From: Candidatus Woesearchaeota archaeon
Lineage (GTDB): Archaea > Nanobdellota > Nanobdellia > SCGC-AAA011-G17 > CAYFGV01
Assembly: GCA_964342845.1 (NCBI GenBank)
Contig: CAYFGV010000004.1
Span: 1 to 40,462 of the forward strand
Reading direction: 5' to 3'
DNA: 40,462 nucleotides
Shown: positions 18,398-28,348 of the stretch, one piece after another
How positions within the stretch are numbered: position 1 is the stretch's first letter
Layout of the letters: the number at the start of each line of letters is the position of its first letter
Made by a program: the position numbers and the translations under genes
The notes under the pieces: model-generated
What the model was told of the DNA's origin: nothing
Database searches by the model: none
What the model saw: only the letters and a program-made list of their open reading frames with translations

Positions 18398-19960
18398 ATG
18401 GTAGGTAAAAGAGCTAAAAAAATTTTAGAGGACTCTAGAAAAAGAGCTAGTAAAGAAGTTGAAAAGATTTTAGAAGAAACAGAAAAAGAAAAGGATTTTA
18501 TTAGTTTTCTCAGAAAAGAATTAGAAGAGAATAAAGCTTTAACTCCTACAGGTAAGACGGCTTTAAGAAAAATATTAATTAAATTAATTAAAGAGAAAGG
18601 AGAAGTTAAATTAAAATCTAAAGAAGTTCTTGAATATGATATTGTTTATGATACGGTTGGTCAAGGGCTGGAGCCAGTTTATTTTTGGACATTGGATTTT
18701 ATGACTGCACCTAAACCAACTGGTGCTTTACAAATGGAAGTTAATAAGGTAGAAGAGGATTTTGAGGCTAGTGTTGGTTCTGCTTTTTTTTCTGAGATGG
18801 GTCAGAGGGCAGGGATAATGCAGGATAGAGCAATGAAGCTTATGGAAACAGTAAATACTGTGGTTAGAAGCATTATAAATTTGATTTATGATCTGAAAGA
18901 ATTTAAAACTAGATTGGATGTATATGATGCTGCTAAAGGGGATAAAAAGAATGATAGGCTTGCTGCTGAGTTAGCTTTGAAACAGGTATGGCTTGATACT
19001 GTAGATATGAAGAAAGGAAGAGGAGCAATACATGCTATGGGGCAACAGCTTGAATTTGTTACTTTGAGAGATGCTTTTATACAAGCTAAGAGTGTTGATC
19101 ATATTGAAGGGATGGATCTTAATACAAGAGTTAAGAATATTTTAAAACCTAGATTGAAAGAGTTTTTTATTTGGAGAGTTGAGAGTGAGAGGGAGTTAAG
19201 GAAGAGATATCAAATTGAGAGGGGTTATTTGAGAACACAAGCTGATTCTTTAAAATTATACACTCAATGGGCAAAGCCTTTTTTAAAGGCTGCGCAGAAG
19301 CTAGGGATGCATGAATTTAAGACAAAGGCTAATCTACCGAGTCCTGAATTAGTTGCTGCTTTTAATAATATGGTGATGGAGCTGAGATTGTTTGGAAAGA
19401 AAAGAATTCCTCCTGAAACAGCACATAAAAGATTTGGAAATATGAAATTTAAAAATGAGTATTATTCTTGTTTGGATGTAGGTTTTAAGTATAGGTCTAT
19501 TCCTACGTCTGTTCAAGGGCAATATTTGCATAGGGGAACAATTAATGTTAAAATTAAGGCCTATGTTTTTACTGAAAAGGATGTTGAAGATATTGAAAAA
19601 CAGGAACTATTCGAAGGTATGGATTTGGTTGATAATCTAACAGATGTTAGTTTGAAAGAATTATATGAGGATATTGATCATTATATAACAGAGGCTAAGG
19701 AAGAAGGTAAAGAGAAAGATGTTAAGAAGAAGGAATTTAAATTACCTTTTGGAAATATTTTTGAAGGATTTCAAGAGGGTGTTGTTGGGCCTGCTAAGGG
19801 TGCTGCTAAAGAGTTTGTTAGAGTTTTTAAACCGAGCAAGGTTCTGTCTAGTGATTATGCTGAAGACGCGGTTAAGAAGGCTGCTACTGATAAGGCTGTG
19901 GGTCAATGTGTTTTAATTTATGATATTTTTAAGAAAGGTCATAGAATGGTTACTTGGTAG
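18398..19960 (+). CDS. large helical hypothetical protein (resembles a DPANN-conserved family)
   Basis: 520-aa ORF with its own promoter and conserved-looking blocks (LEPVYFW.LD, FVTLRDAF, LKLYTQWAKPFL). No catalytic motif recognised. Confidence 0.8.
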   Translation: MVGKRAKKILEDSRKRASKEVEKILEETEKEKDFISFLRKELEENKALTPTGKTALRKILIKLIKEKGEVKLKSKEVLEYDIVYDTVGQGLEPVYFWTLDFMTAPKPTGALQMEVNKVEEDFEASVGSAFFSEMGQRAGIMQDRAMKLMETVNTVVRSIINLIYDLKEFKTRLDVYDAAKGDKKNDRLAAELALKQVWLDTVDMKKGRGAIHAMGQQLEFVTLRDAFIQAKSVDHIEGMDLNTRVKNILKPRLKEFFIWRVESERELRKRYQIERGYLRTQADSLKLYTQWAKPFLKAAQKLGMHEFKTKANLPSPELVAAFNNMVMELRLFGKKRIPPETAHKRFGNMKFKNEYYSCLDVGFKYRSIPTSVQGQYLHRGTINVKIKAYVFTEKDVEDIEKQELFEGMDLVDNLTDVSLKELYEDIDHYITEAKEEGKEKDVKKKEFKLPFGNIFEGFQEGVVGPAKGAAKEFVRVFKPSKVLSSDYAEDAVKKAATDKAVGQCVLIYDIFKKGHRMVTW

Positions 19961-19992
19961 GTTTTATAAGTAAGTTTGTTTTTATTTTTAAG

Positions 19993-20283
19993 ATGAAAAT
20001 TTTATATGATGGGGAAGAAAAGCATGGAGAATATCTAGTTGATGATAGGATAACACACTGTGTTTTCTTGGAAGCTGGTTTTAAGGATGGAGAGTATTCA
20101 GCTGGCGATTTTATTAATAGAATTGGAAATATTTCTTTGACTGACTTAACAGAACACAGAAGAATAGTAACTAAGAATAGGGGGGCTTTTCTTACTTGTT
20201 ATGCTAAAAAATGTAAGACAGTAACAATTGAAGATTTTGCACTAGATGAAGAAGAAATTGAGTTGTTTATTCAGGGTGTTTAG
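19993..20283 (+). CDS. hypothetical protein
   Basis: TATA 'GTTTTATAAG' at 19961 indicates ATG 19993. Confidence 0.55.
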   Translation: MKILYDGEEKHGEYLVDDRITHCVFLEAGFKDGEYSAGDFINRIGNISLTDLTEHRRIVTKNRGAFLTCYAKKCKTVTIEDFALDEEEIELFIQGV

Positions 20284-20319
20284 AAACTTATTTAAAGTTA
20301 GAATTCTTAAATATAAGTT

Positions 20320-20841
20320 ATGGGTAAGAATAAGAAAAGGATTATAAAGAAGAAAGAAAAAAGATTAAAAGAGAAGAGAGAATTAGAAAAGAAGGAAAAG
20401 TTAGAAGAAAAGGTTAAAAACGAAGAAAAGCAAGAGATAGCTAATATTGATGATTTTGAGAGAGAAAGTAAAAAGGTTTTAAAACTAGAGCCTGTTATTG
20501 AAGAGGTTAGGGTTGAGAGAGGGTTTGTAGAGGAGCAGGTGAGAGGTGTTAGGGTTCCTGAGGAAAAAGAGAAGAAAAATTATTTTGAATCAGGCTATGG
20601 AACAAAGTTTACTGGGTATGATTTACCTGCTAGTGATTCATATGATGTTGGTGGCAGGCTTGCAGAGGCAGTGGCTGAAAAACTTAAGGGAAGTGTTGGT
20701 GAAGGGGTTATTACTGAAGAAAAGAAAAGAGAAATTAATGAAAAATTAGGGGAGATTGTTGGAATGGAAAATGTGACTAAGTATGGAGCTGCTGTTGTTG
20801 ATGCTTTTAAGAAGAAGAGGTTTATGATAAAATATGAGTGA
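20320..20841 (+). CDS. hypothetical charged protein
   Basis: K/E-rich ORF that overlaps the start of the next gene by 8 bp. Confidence 0.65.
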   Translation: MGKNKKRIIKKKEKRLKEKRELEKKEKLEEKVKNEEKQEIANIDDFERESKKVLKLEPVIEEVRVERGFVEEQVRGVRVPEEKEKKNYFESGYGTKFTGYDLPASDSYDVGGRLAEAVAEKLKGSVGEGVITEEKKREINEKLGEIVGMENVTKYGAAVVDAFKKKRFMIKYE

Positions 20842-22717
20842 ATATGAATTTAAAAGGGAATATAGAAGTGTGATGGATAGTGGTGTTCCTCAGAGAAGTA
20901 TTGGTGCTCCTACTAGTATAAAGACTGCTAATCAGCTTTCTGAAGTTAATAAGAGATTAAATGCAGGTGTATACGGGGTGGATGTTTCTATTGTTGATCC
21001 AAAGGTTTTTGAGGCTATTCCTAAGCAGCATTTAAAAGAGATAAGTAGGATGGCTGATATGAATGATGCTAAAGTTACTTTACATGCACCAATAGTTGAT
21101 TTAATTGGTATGGATCAACAGGGAAGAATAACTGAAGAGTCAAGAAAAGATAATGAGATGCAGATGAAGAGTTTTATGGAAAGAGCTCATATGTTGGATG
21201 AAAAGGGGAATATTCCTGTTAATTTTCATGTTAATGTTGGTACTCCTGGAGTGCATAAGATTAAGATGAGTGATGATGATGTTAAGGAGTGGAAATCTAA
21301 GTTAAAGGATTTTGATAAGAAAAGCAGAGAAAAAATAGAAGGATGGATTAAGAATAAAGAATTTATTAGGAGTATGGGAATTTTTGATCAGGCTGAAAAG
21401 AAGGTTAGTGCTGTTGAGACAAAAGTTAAACATAGTCTTCAGGGAGATGTGTTATGGGATCCTGAAAAGAGTATAGATAATCAAAATAGGGTTTCATGGG
21501 ATAATGATAAATTACAGGTTATGAACTGGGAAAAGCAAAAGAGAGAAATTGAGGAAGAAAAAAAGACGATTGAGCTTCCGTTGGTAGAATTAGAACATAA
21601 AGAAAAGTTAGATAGACTTGAGGGAAATGAAAAGAACCAACTTAATTATTTAAGAAATGAGAAAAATAAGTTTGATAGACATATTAGTGAATTTGATACT
21701 CATATTGGTAGTACTGCAATAGAAATGCATGATAAATTTAAAAAGTTTAAATCTGAAAAAGATTATAAAGAAGGAGATAAAGAAGCTTTGAAAGTTCTTG
21801 GTGTGTTAAAGAATAAGTTTATTGAAGTTGGGGATCAGTTGGAAAAAGCAAGAAAAAAAGGTGATGTTTCTAAGTTTAATGAGTTGGTTGAGGAGCAAAA
21901 TAAATTAACTGATGATTCTTCGAGTGCTATAATGAATTTGTCTGCTCCTAGAATTGTGATTCCTGCTGACGAGATAGCTGAAGAAAAGACTGCTGAGAGT
22001 GTAAGTAATGTAGTTTTTGATAGTTATGAGAAGTTTGAGAATGAAGCTCCTACTTTTTGTTTGGAGAATTATATGCCTGGGTTAACTTTAGGGAGTGCTG
22101 AGAAATTAAAGGATGTTATTCAGGAGTCAAGGAAAAGATTTGCTGATAAGTTAGTTGAGAAAAGAGGATTAACAAAAACTGAAGCAAAAGCTGCTGCTGA
22201 GAAGTTTATTGGTGCGACATGGGATGTTGGGCATGCTAATTTTTTAAGGAAGCATGGTTATGGTAAGAAAGAGATTGTCAAGGAAGCGGAAAAGATTGCG
22301 CCTTATGTTAAACAGATGCACATTACTGATAATTTTGGTTTTGATGATAGTCATCTACCTCCTGGGATGGGAAATGTTCCTACAAAAGAACAAATAGAGG
22401 CTATAAGAAAAGGAGGAAAGTTTGATTTTGATAAAGGAAACTTAATTGTTGAGGCTGGTCCGTTTGCTGCTAGTTTTGAAACAAATCCTCATTTGTATGC
22501 TTTAGAAGGGTTGGGATCTCCTGTTTATCCTGGTGGAAGTTTGTGGAGTGATGTAAGAGATTTACAAGGGGCGTATAGAACTGGTTTTGGGGAGATTTTG
22601 CCTGATGTTCATTTTAAGAGTTTGTATGGTGGTGGTTTTAGTAATTTACCTCCTGAGTTAGGTGGACAGATGGGTGGTGGCGCAGGAGAAAAAGGAAGAT
22701 TTGCTCAAGGACAATAG
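20834..22717 (+). CDS. xylose-isomerase-like/AP-endonuclease-2 TIM-barrel metalloprotein with large helical insert
   Basis: TLHAP, NFH, LEN, WDVGH, HITDN....DSHLPPG.GN, VE metal-ligand motifs. Confidence 0.8.
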   Translation: MSEYEFKREYRSVMDSGVPQRSIGAPTSIKTANQLSEVNKRLNAGVYGVDVSIVDPKVFEAIPKQHLKEISRMADMNDAKVTLHAPIVDLIGMDQQGRITEESRKDNEMQMKSFMERAHMLDEKGNIPVNFHVNVGTPGVHKIKMSDDDVKEWKSKLKDFDKKSREKIEGWIKNKEFIRSMGIFDQAEKKVSAVETKVKHSLQGDVLWDPEKSIDNQNRVSWDNDKLQVMNWEKQKREIEEEKKTIELPLVELEHKEKLDRLEGNEKNQLNYLRNEKNKFDRHISEFDTHIGSTAIEMHDKFKKFKSEKDYKEGDKEALKVLGVLKNKFIEVGDQLEKARKKGDVSKFNELVEEQNKLTDDSSSAIMNLSAPRIVIPADEIAEEKTAESVSNVVFDSYEKFENEAPTFCLENYMPGLTLGSAEKLKDVIQESRKRFADKLVEKRGLTKTEAKAAAEKFIGATWDVGHANFLRKHGYGKKEIVKEAEKIAPYVKQMHITDNFGFDDSHLPPGMGNVPTKEQIEAIRKGGKFDFDKGNLIVEAGPFAASFETNPHLYALEGLGSPVYPGGSLWSDVRDLQGAYRTGFGEILPDVHFKSLYGGGFSNLPPELGGQMGGGAGEKGRFAQGQ

Positions 22718-22753
22718 AAAGATTAAAAAAGATTTAAATTTAAAATTAGAAAA

Positions 22754-23710
22754 GTGGTGAAAAAAACTATTAAGAAAAGAGTTGTTTCTAGGAAAAGACC
22801 AGTTCATAGAAGAAAGGTTGTTAAGAAAGGAGTGAGTAGAAAGCCAAGGGTTGTTCAGAGAAATAAACATGTTAAAAAAAGAGTTAAGAAACCTAGGATT
22901 AAGAAGCATTCTTTGATTATAGAGAGTGATAAGTTGAAGTTGGATAAGAATTACGAAGAAGCTTATGATTTTGCCAGTAGTTTGTATAAGAAGATGGGTC
23001 AAATGGTGAAAAGTATAGTATTGTTTGGAAGTGCTGCTAAGAAAAATACTGTTAAGGGTAGTGATATTGATGTTATTGTGATTGTTGATGATTGTACTGT
23101 TGATTATGATGAAGAGATGATTGAATGGTATCGGAAGGAGTTAGGTGCTGTTTTAGCTCACAAAAGTTATAAAGATAAGTTGCATGTTAATACTGTTACG
23201 TTAACTGCTTTTTGGGGAGAGATATTAAATGGTGAGCCTGTTGCTATGAATACGGTTAAGTATGGAGTTAGTTTAATTGATTTTGGTGGGTTTTTTTCTC
23301 CTTTGAAGATTTTATTGGCTCGTGGTAAGTTGAAACCTTCTAGAGAAGCTGTTTATACTTCTTTGAAAAGAGCACCGGTTCATTTGTCTAGGGCTAAGTA
23401 TAATATTTTGGGGGTTGTGGAGGCTTTGTATTGGGCAATGGTTGATGCTGCACAAGCTGCTTTAATGGGTGGTGGATTGGTTCCTCCGAGTACAGAACAT
23501 ATTGGAGATATGTTAAAAGAGAAGTTTGTTAAGAAGAAAAAGTTAAGTATTAGGTATGTTAATTGGTATGAAGAGATGTTTAAGTTAGCACATGGTGTTT
23601 TTCATGGGGAGATTGTTGATTTGAGTAGCACTGATTTGAAAGATTGGAGGTTTAAAGCTGATGTTTTTGTAGGCGAGATGGCTAGATTGGTTGGCGATGA
23701 ATATGAATAA
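22754..23710 (+). CDS. nucleotidyltransferase (Pol-beta-like) plus HEPN-like protein with basic N-terminal tail
   Basis: LFGS...SDIDVIVIVDD, then a helical domain with LYWAMVDAAQAALM. Confidence 0.8.
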   Translation: MVKKTIKKRVVSRKRPVHRRKVVKKGVSRKPRVVQRNKHVKKRVKKPRIKKHSLIIESDKLKLDKNYEEAYDFASSLYKKMGQMVKSIVLFGSAAKKNTVKGSDIDVIVIVDDCTVDYDEEMIEWYRKELGAVLAHKSYKDKLHVNTVTLTAFWGEILNGEPVAMNTVKYGVSLIDFGGFFSPLKILLARGKLKPSREAVYTSLKRAPVHLSRAKYNILGVVEALYWAMVDAAQAALMGGGLVPPSTEHIGDMLKEKFVKKKKLSIRYVNWYEEMFKLAHGVFHGEIVDLSSTDLKDWRFKADVFVGEMARLVGDEYE

Positions 23711-24476
23711 AGTTAGAGAAGAACATAAGATATCGTATGATTTTGCTAGTAAAGTTTATAAACATTTTAGAGAGTTGGTTAAATCTGTGATTTATTTTGG
23801 GCCTGTTGCTAAAGAGTTTGAGCCTAGTGTTATAATTATTGTTGATGACTGTACTGTTAATTGGGATAGGGAGTTGACTTATTGGTATAGGGAAGAGGTT
23901 GCTAGGTTGTTGGCAAGTCAGAAGTATTTTAAAGAGTTGAATATTAATACAATTACTTTGAGTGTTTTTATTGATGAAATTATTAATTGTGAGCCAACTG
24001 CTATTAATGTCTTAAGGTATGGTGAACCTTTGATTGATTTTGGTGGATTTTTTTCTCCTTTGAAGATTTTATTGGCTAGAGGAAAGATTAAACCTACTGC
24101 TGAGTCTGTTTTTAGTAGTTTGCGTCGTGGTCCTATTCATATTACTCAAGCTAAGATGAATGTTGCTAAGAGTATTGAAAATATTCATTTGGGAATGGTT
24201 GATTCTGGGAATGCTGCTTTGATGAGTCTAGGGTATGTTCCTCCTTCACCTCATTTGATTAGTAAAATGTTAGTTGATATTTTTGTTAAATCTAGGGCTC
24301 TAGAAAGAAAGCATGTTAGAGATTATGATGAGATTGGTAGGGCTGCTGAAAATGTTGCTTTAGGTCGGAGAGTTTTTTTGAGTGCTAAAGATATTGATAA
24401 GTATGTTTTGAAAGCTAGAGCATTTCAAAAAGAGATGCAGAGAATAGTTGTTAATATTATGGAAAAAGAGAAGTAG
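23697..24476 (+). CDS. paralogous NTase/HEPN-like protein with degenerate active site
   Basis: Aligns with the upstream gene (IIVDDCTV, LIDFGGFFSPLKILLARGK.KP) but lacks GS and DxD. Start is 23697 or 23703. Confidence 0.8.
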   Translation: MNMNKVREEHKISYDFASKVYKHFRELVKSVIYFGPVAKEFEPSVIIIVDDCTVNWDRELTYWYREEVARLLASQKYFKELNINTITLSVFIDEIINCEPTAINVLRYGEPLIDFGGFFSPLKILLARGKIKPTAESVFSSLRRGPIHITQAKMNVAKSIENIHLGMVDSGNAALMSLGYVPPSPHLISKMLVDIFVKSRALERKHVRDYDEIGRAAENVALGRRVFLSAKDIDKYVLKARAFQKEMQRIVVNIMEKEK

Positions 24477-24503
24477 TTAAATAAGTTTAAGAAAAAAAGA
24501 TTT

Positions 24504-25211
24504 TTATGATTCTGGTTGTTCTTGTTCTGTTACTTCTTCTTGCTCTGGTTGTTGTACTTGTATTCGTGAGTACAGATTTGCCAGGTTTATGTATGAGTTT
24601 TCTTTGTCTTCTGTGTTTTTTACTAAGTGTTCAAAATAATTTTTTGCTTTATTTTCTTCTCTTAGTTTTCCGACTAGTTTTTCTGTGTACATTGATACAA
24701 GCCTTCCGAATGATTTCAGTAATCCTTCTGGAATTGCTCTTGCATGATATGCTAATGTCTCCTGGCTAATATTAAATTTTTCATGTAACTCTTCTACCGC
24801 TTTACCTATATCTTTAGTTTCTAAAATTTCTTGTGCATTTTCTACTTTTTTATGAAGTTCTGTTATTTCTTGGTCTGTTTCATAGTCTACTGCTTTGTTT
24901 GACAAGATATAACCTATTAAATTATCAGTTTCTGCATTAGTTTCAATTTCTGAAAGAATTGTTTCCAGATTTTCGTCAGTTTTATTGACTAAATTATTTT
25001 TAAATTCTGGAATTTTTGGTGTTAAATCATTTTTAAGATATTGGTCTATGATATCTGCATTTAAACCTGCAAAATAGTGCGGTTCTAAGTCTAAAGATTG
25101 AGCTAGACCTATTCTTGCTTGGGAATCATTTAAGTTTTCTTCTAATTTTTTAGAGCTAGTATTAGCTTGAAAATATTTTCCTATTGATTCTTTATAATTT
25201 TCTATTGTCAT
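24504..25211 (-). CDS. hypothetical helical acidic protein
   Basis: 235-aa ORF with promoter GAAAGCTTTATAA on the minus strand at about 25245-25257. Confidence 0.7.
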   Translation of the reverse strand: MTIENYKESIGKYFQANTSSKKLEENLNDSQARIGLAQSLDLEPHYFAGLNADIIDQYLKNDLTPKIPEFKNNLVNKTDENLETILSEIETNAETDNLIGYILSNKAVDYETDQEITELHKKVENAQEILETKDIGKAVEELHEKFNISQETLAYHARAIPEGLLKSFGRLVSMYTEKLVGKLREENKAKNYFEHLVKNTEDKENSYINLANLYSRIQVQQPEQEEVTEQEQPES

Positions 25212-25329
25212 TTTTATTACTTAAAATAGAGAGTATCTACTCCTTTATAAAGCTTTCGGTTGTAGTTATCTAGTGGTAGTTACAATAAAATAGAAAAGTT
25301 TATAAGTAAGAAAATTCTTACAATTAAAA

Positions 25330-25608
25330 ATGAAAACTGTTAAAGTTTCGGATAAAGGACAAATAGCTATCCCTGTTGATATTAGGGAAGAAGCAGGTAT
25401 TGAAAGAGGAGATGAATTAGTTATTCTTGAATCTAATGGCAAAATTTTGCTGGAAAAGAGCGAAATAATTTCAACTAAAATGGAAGATGATTTCAAGGAT
25501 TTGTTGAAAGCTAGTGAGATGTCTTTAGCAAAAGATTGGTTAAGTAAAGAGGATGAAGAGGCATGGAAAAAGTTTAAGGTAAAAAATAAACCTAAGAAAA
25601 ATAATTAA
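25330..25608 (+). CDS. AbrB/MazE/SpoVT-family DNA-binding protein (antitoxin-like)
   Basis: VKVSDKGQIAIP.DIRE..GI..GD, with a C-terminal ASE.SLAKDW...EDEEAW tail. Confidence 0.85.
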   Translation: MKTVKVSDKGQIAIPVDIREEAGIERGDELVILESNGKILLEKSEIISTKMEDDFKDLLKASEMSLAKDWLSKEDEEAWKKFKVKNKPKKNN

Positions 25609-27179
25609 AATTGGGTTGTTAATTCTTTTATTTCTTCAAATTTATTAGAATTTACTAAAATAGAGTCCATATTCTGCTTTTTTAAGAATTCTATTGTTTT
25701 TTTATTAGATGTTTTTGCGTGGATTTCTATGTTATTTTCTTTACAAGTGTTTATTATTTTTTCTATGGTTTTTATTAAAGAAGGGTGTAATTCATCGTAA
25801 AGCTCATTGGTTTTTGGGTTTTTTTTGTCAATTCCCAGTGTTAGCTGGGTTAGGGAGTGGAAATTTATTAGAATTAAAGAAATATTCTCTTTACAGAATT
25901 CTTCTATTAGGTTTGTTGAGGCAGGTGTATCTATTTGTATTCCTAATGGTAATGAAGTTAATTCTTTTACTTGTTTTAGTTCTTCTAAAGAAGAGATAAA
26001 AGGTATTATTATGTTTATATTACTATATTTATTTAAATTAGATATTATTTCTAGTTCTGCTTTTAAAAGCTGTTTTTGGTCTAATGATCTTCTTATTCCG
26101 TGCCATCCTAATAAAGGATTTGGTTCTTTTTGTTTTAGTTCAAATCCAGGAAGATTTTTGTATCTATTAGAGACTAAATTAGTTAAAGATATCAATATTT
26201 TATTTTCTTTTAGTTCTTCAATTATTGGTTCTAAAGAAAGGTAAATTTCGTTTTTATAAGAATCTAAATTATATTCATTTAGATATTTTTCTGGGTGGGC
26301 TTTTAATGCAGAATTTAATGAAATAAGAGTGTCTGTTTTTTGAATTGGGGAGTTTAGATTAATTAATGCTTGGTTTATTTTTGTTGTTTTTAATGGTATT
26401 GTTTCTTTTAGGTTTATTATGTATATTCTGTTTTTTTCTATTGCAAACTCTATTTCTAGGTTTTTATTTAAAAATTGATTTATTTCATTTGTTAGGTTTG
26501 CTATTTCTTTTATTTGCTGATCTGTTAATGTTTGTTGGTTTAAGATAGATTCTGGAACTTTGGTTTTTATTGTTTTTTGGAGATAATCGTCTCTTGTGTA
26601 TAAATATTCTTGTTTTTTTACTTGTTTCTTTTTAATTTCTAGATTGTTTTTATTAATTGTGTAAGCGTTTGATGTTATTTTTGGTATTATTTGTCCTATA
26701 CCATAAGCTGCTTGCATTAGGATTTTATCTTTGTCTGTTTTTGTAATTACTGATTTATCTGGATTGATCATTTGTTGAATTAGTATTTCTGTTGGTTGGT
26801 CTGTTGAAGAATATATTGCTTCTATGGCTTTTATGATTGTGTTTGGTGATTTTATGTTTAGAAATGTTTTAATAGATCTTATTGCAGTGTAAGGTAGGAG
26901 TTTTTGAGATTTTATGAAGTCTATATTTTTTACTTGTTGTGCTAATGTGTTTTCTATATTTAATTTTTGATGGCTTTCTAGGATTTCTTGTTTTGTTTCT
27001 GGTGCTATTGCAGGTGCTGTTATGTTGATTAATTTTTCTTTTTCTTTTAGAAATTCTATGTGCGAGTGGTTTGTTATTATGAATGCGTTTGGGACTGGGA
27101 AGTTATTATTGTATAAATTAGCTAGAAGATTTATTTTATTATTTTCGTAATTATCTATTTCGTTTAGCCAAAGGAGCAT
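25605..27179 (-). CDS. degenerate PEP synthase-like protein (N- and C-terminal domains, no phospho-His domain)
   Basis: FPVPNAF, AAYGIGQ, LEIEFAI, EPNPLLGWHG, IIIPF, IDTPA, LTQLTLGID. Confidence 0.75.
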   Translation of the reverse strand: MLLWLNEIDNYENNKINLLANLYNNNFPVPNAFIITNHSHIEFLKEKEKLINITAPAIAPETKQEILESHQKLNIENTLAQQVKNIDFIKSQKLLPYTAIRSIKTFLNIKSPNTIIKAIEAIYSSTDQPTEILIQQMINPDKSVITKTDKDKILMQAAYGIGQIIPKITSNAYTINKNNLEIKKKQVKKQEYLYTRDDYLQKTIKTKVPESILNQQTLTDQQIKEIANLTNEINQFLNKNLEIEFAIEKNRIYIINLKETIPLKTTKINQALINLNSPIQKTDTLISLNSALKAHPEKYLNEYNLDSYKNEIYLSLEPIIEELKENKILISLTNLVSNRYKNLPGFELKQKEPNPLLGWHGIRRSLDQKQLLKAELEIISNLNKYSNINIIIPFISSLEELKQVKELTSLPLGIQIDTPASTNLIEEFCKENISLILINFHSLTQLTLGIDKKNPKTNELYDELHPSLIKTIEKIINTCKENNIEIHAKTSNKKTIEFLKKQNMDSILVNSNKFEEIKELTTQF

Positions 27180-27338
27180 TTTTTACCTCTTTTTGTTTAA
27201 AATGGGAATTTGTAGAATTTTATAAAGGTTTTTATAGTGTTTGGTTTTTTGGTCTTTTTTTATAATAACTAATAAGTGGTAAATATCCGAAAGCTTTATA
27301 TATTAGTTAATCTATCTTTTTTATAGTGAGGTAATAAA

Positions 27339-27737
27339 ATGAGTATAATGAAAAGAATCGTACCATATGTTATTGGTTTAGCAATTGCTTCTGTAGGATA
27401 TGCAAGTGATAAAGAATATGCAACAGCTGAAGAGGCTATGAAGGTAATTGGGACAAAAAATCTTACAAAAATTGAAAGGAATCTTCCTGATGGTTATAAA
27501 TCATCTAAAGGAGATGGTAGTATTTTAAGAGTTCTGTCAGGATTATATGCAGGAACTGCTAAAATAAAAAGAACAGAAGATGGAAAAGGTTATTGTATGG
27601 GTGGTAAGCCTAGTGCAAAAACTGAAGATTTGTTACTTGTGTTAGAAGAGGCAGATGTTAACAGTGATAAAATTGTTACACCTTCAGAAACAGAAGATTT
27701 AGTAGGTAAATTATTTAAAGAATTTGGGAGAGAATAA
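27339..27737 (+). CDS. secreted protein with a single EF-hand-like loop
   Basis: Signal peptide-like N-terminus, DVNSDKIVTPSE loop, SD GAGGT. Confidence 0.7.
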   Translation: MSIMKRIVPYVIGLAIASVGYASDKEYATAEEAMKVIGTKNLTKIERNLPDGYKSSKGDGSILRVLSGLYAGTAKIKRTEDGKGYCMGGKPSAKTEDLLLVLEEADVNSDKIVTPSETEDLVGKLFKEFGRE

Positions 27738-27883
27738 TTTTCAGATACTAATATTCTTTAATTTTAATCTATGTTTAAGGAATAAGTTTAGTAAATCTAG
27801 AAATGTTTTCTAATGAATTTTATTGCTTGTTCTAGTTTAGATCTATCTGTCATAAAGAAGGAATTTATAAAGGTTTTTATATT

Positions 27884-28234
27884 TTAAAAAGAAACTTGAA
27901 AATTAGGAATATCACCATAGATGTATTTTATATTTTTTCTTTTATCTTCTGGTCTTGGTTGAAATTCTATGACATGTGTTCCCTGTTCTTGTTCTTTTGT
28001 ATTTCTAGCATGTCTAATAGTAAGTATGTGGCGAGAGAAAATATTAGATCCATATCTAGCTATGTAATTATTTGCATCTTCTATACTGCTTTCTTTAACG
28101 AAATAGAGACCTTCGAGTATGTTAGATCTAATAGGTTGGGTTAAGATGCCTTGTTCTACTAATCTCTTTGTTTCATCTACTATATCAGCTAGATTATTTT
28201 TATTTAATGCTTCATATACGTCATTTAGTTTCAT
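27884..28234 (-). CDS. hypothetical protein
   Basis: 116-aa ORF with normal composition. Confidence 0.6.
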   Translation of the reverse strand: MKLNDVYEALNKNNLADIVDETKRLVEQGILTQPIRSNILEGLYFVKESSIEDANNYIARYGSNIFSRHILTIRHARNTKEQEQGTHVIEFQPRPEDKRKNIKYIYGDIPNFQVSF

Positions 28235-28348
28235 TTTCTAAGAAATAAGAGGTTTTGTTTCTTTGTAAAGGTTTTGGTTTTGTATGTTTTCTAAAGTATA
28301 TTTTGTAGTGGGTAAATGTTTATTAATTAGATTTTAGATTTTAAGTGT

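Noticed and set aside
22754-24476. Classical MNT-HEPN toxin-antitoxin or CBASS cyclase
   Set aside because: The domains are fused and larger, there is no clear RxxxxH RNase motif, and no CBASS effector or Cap genes are recognisable.
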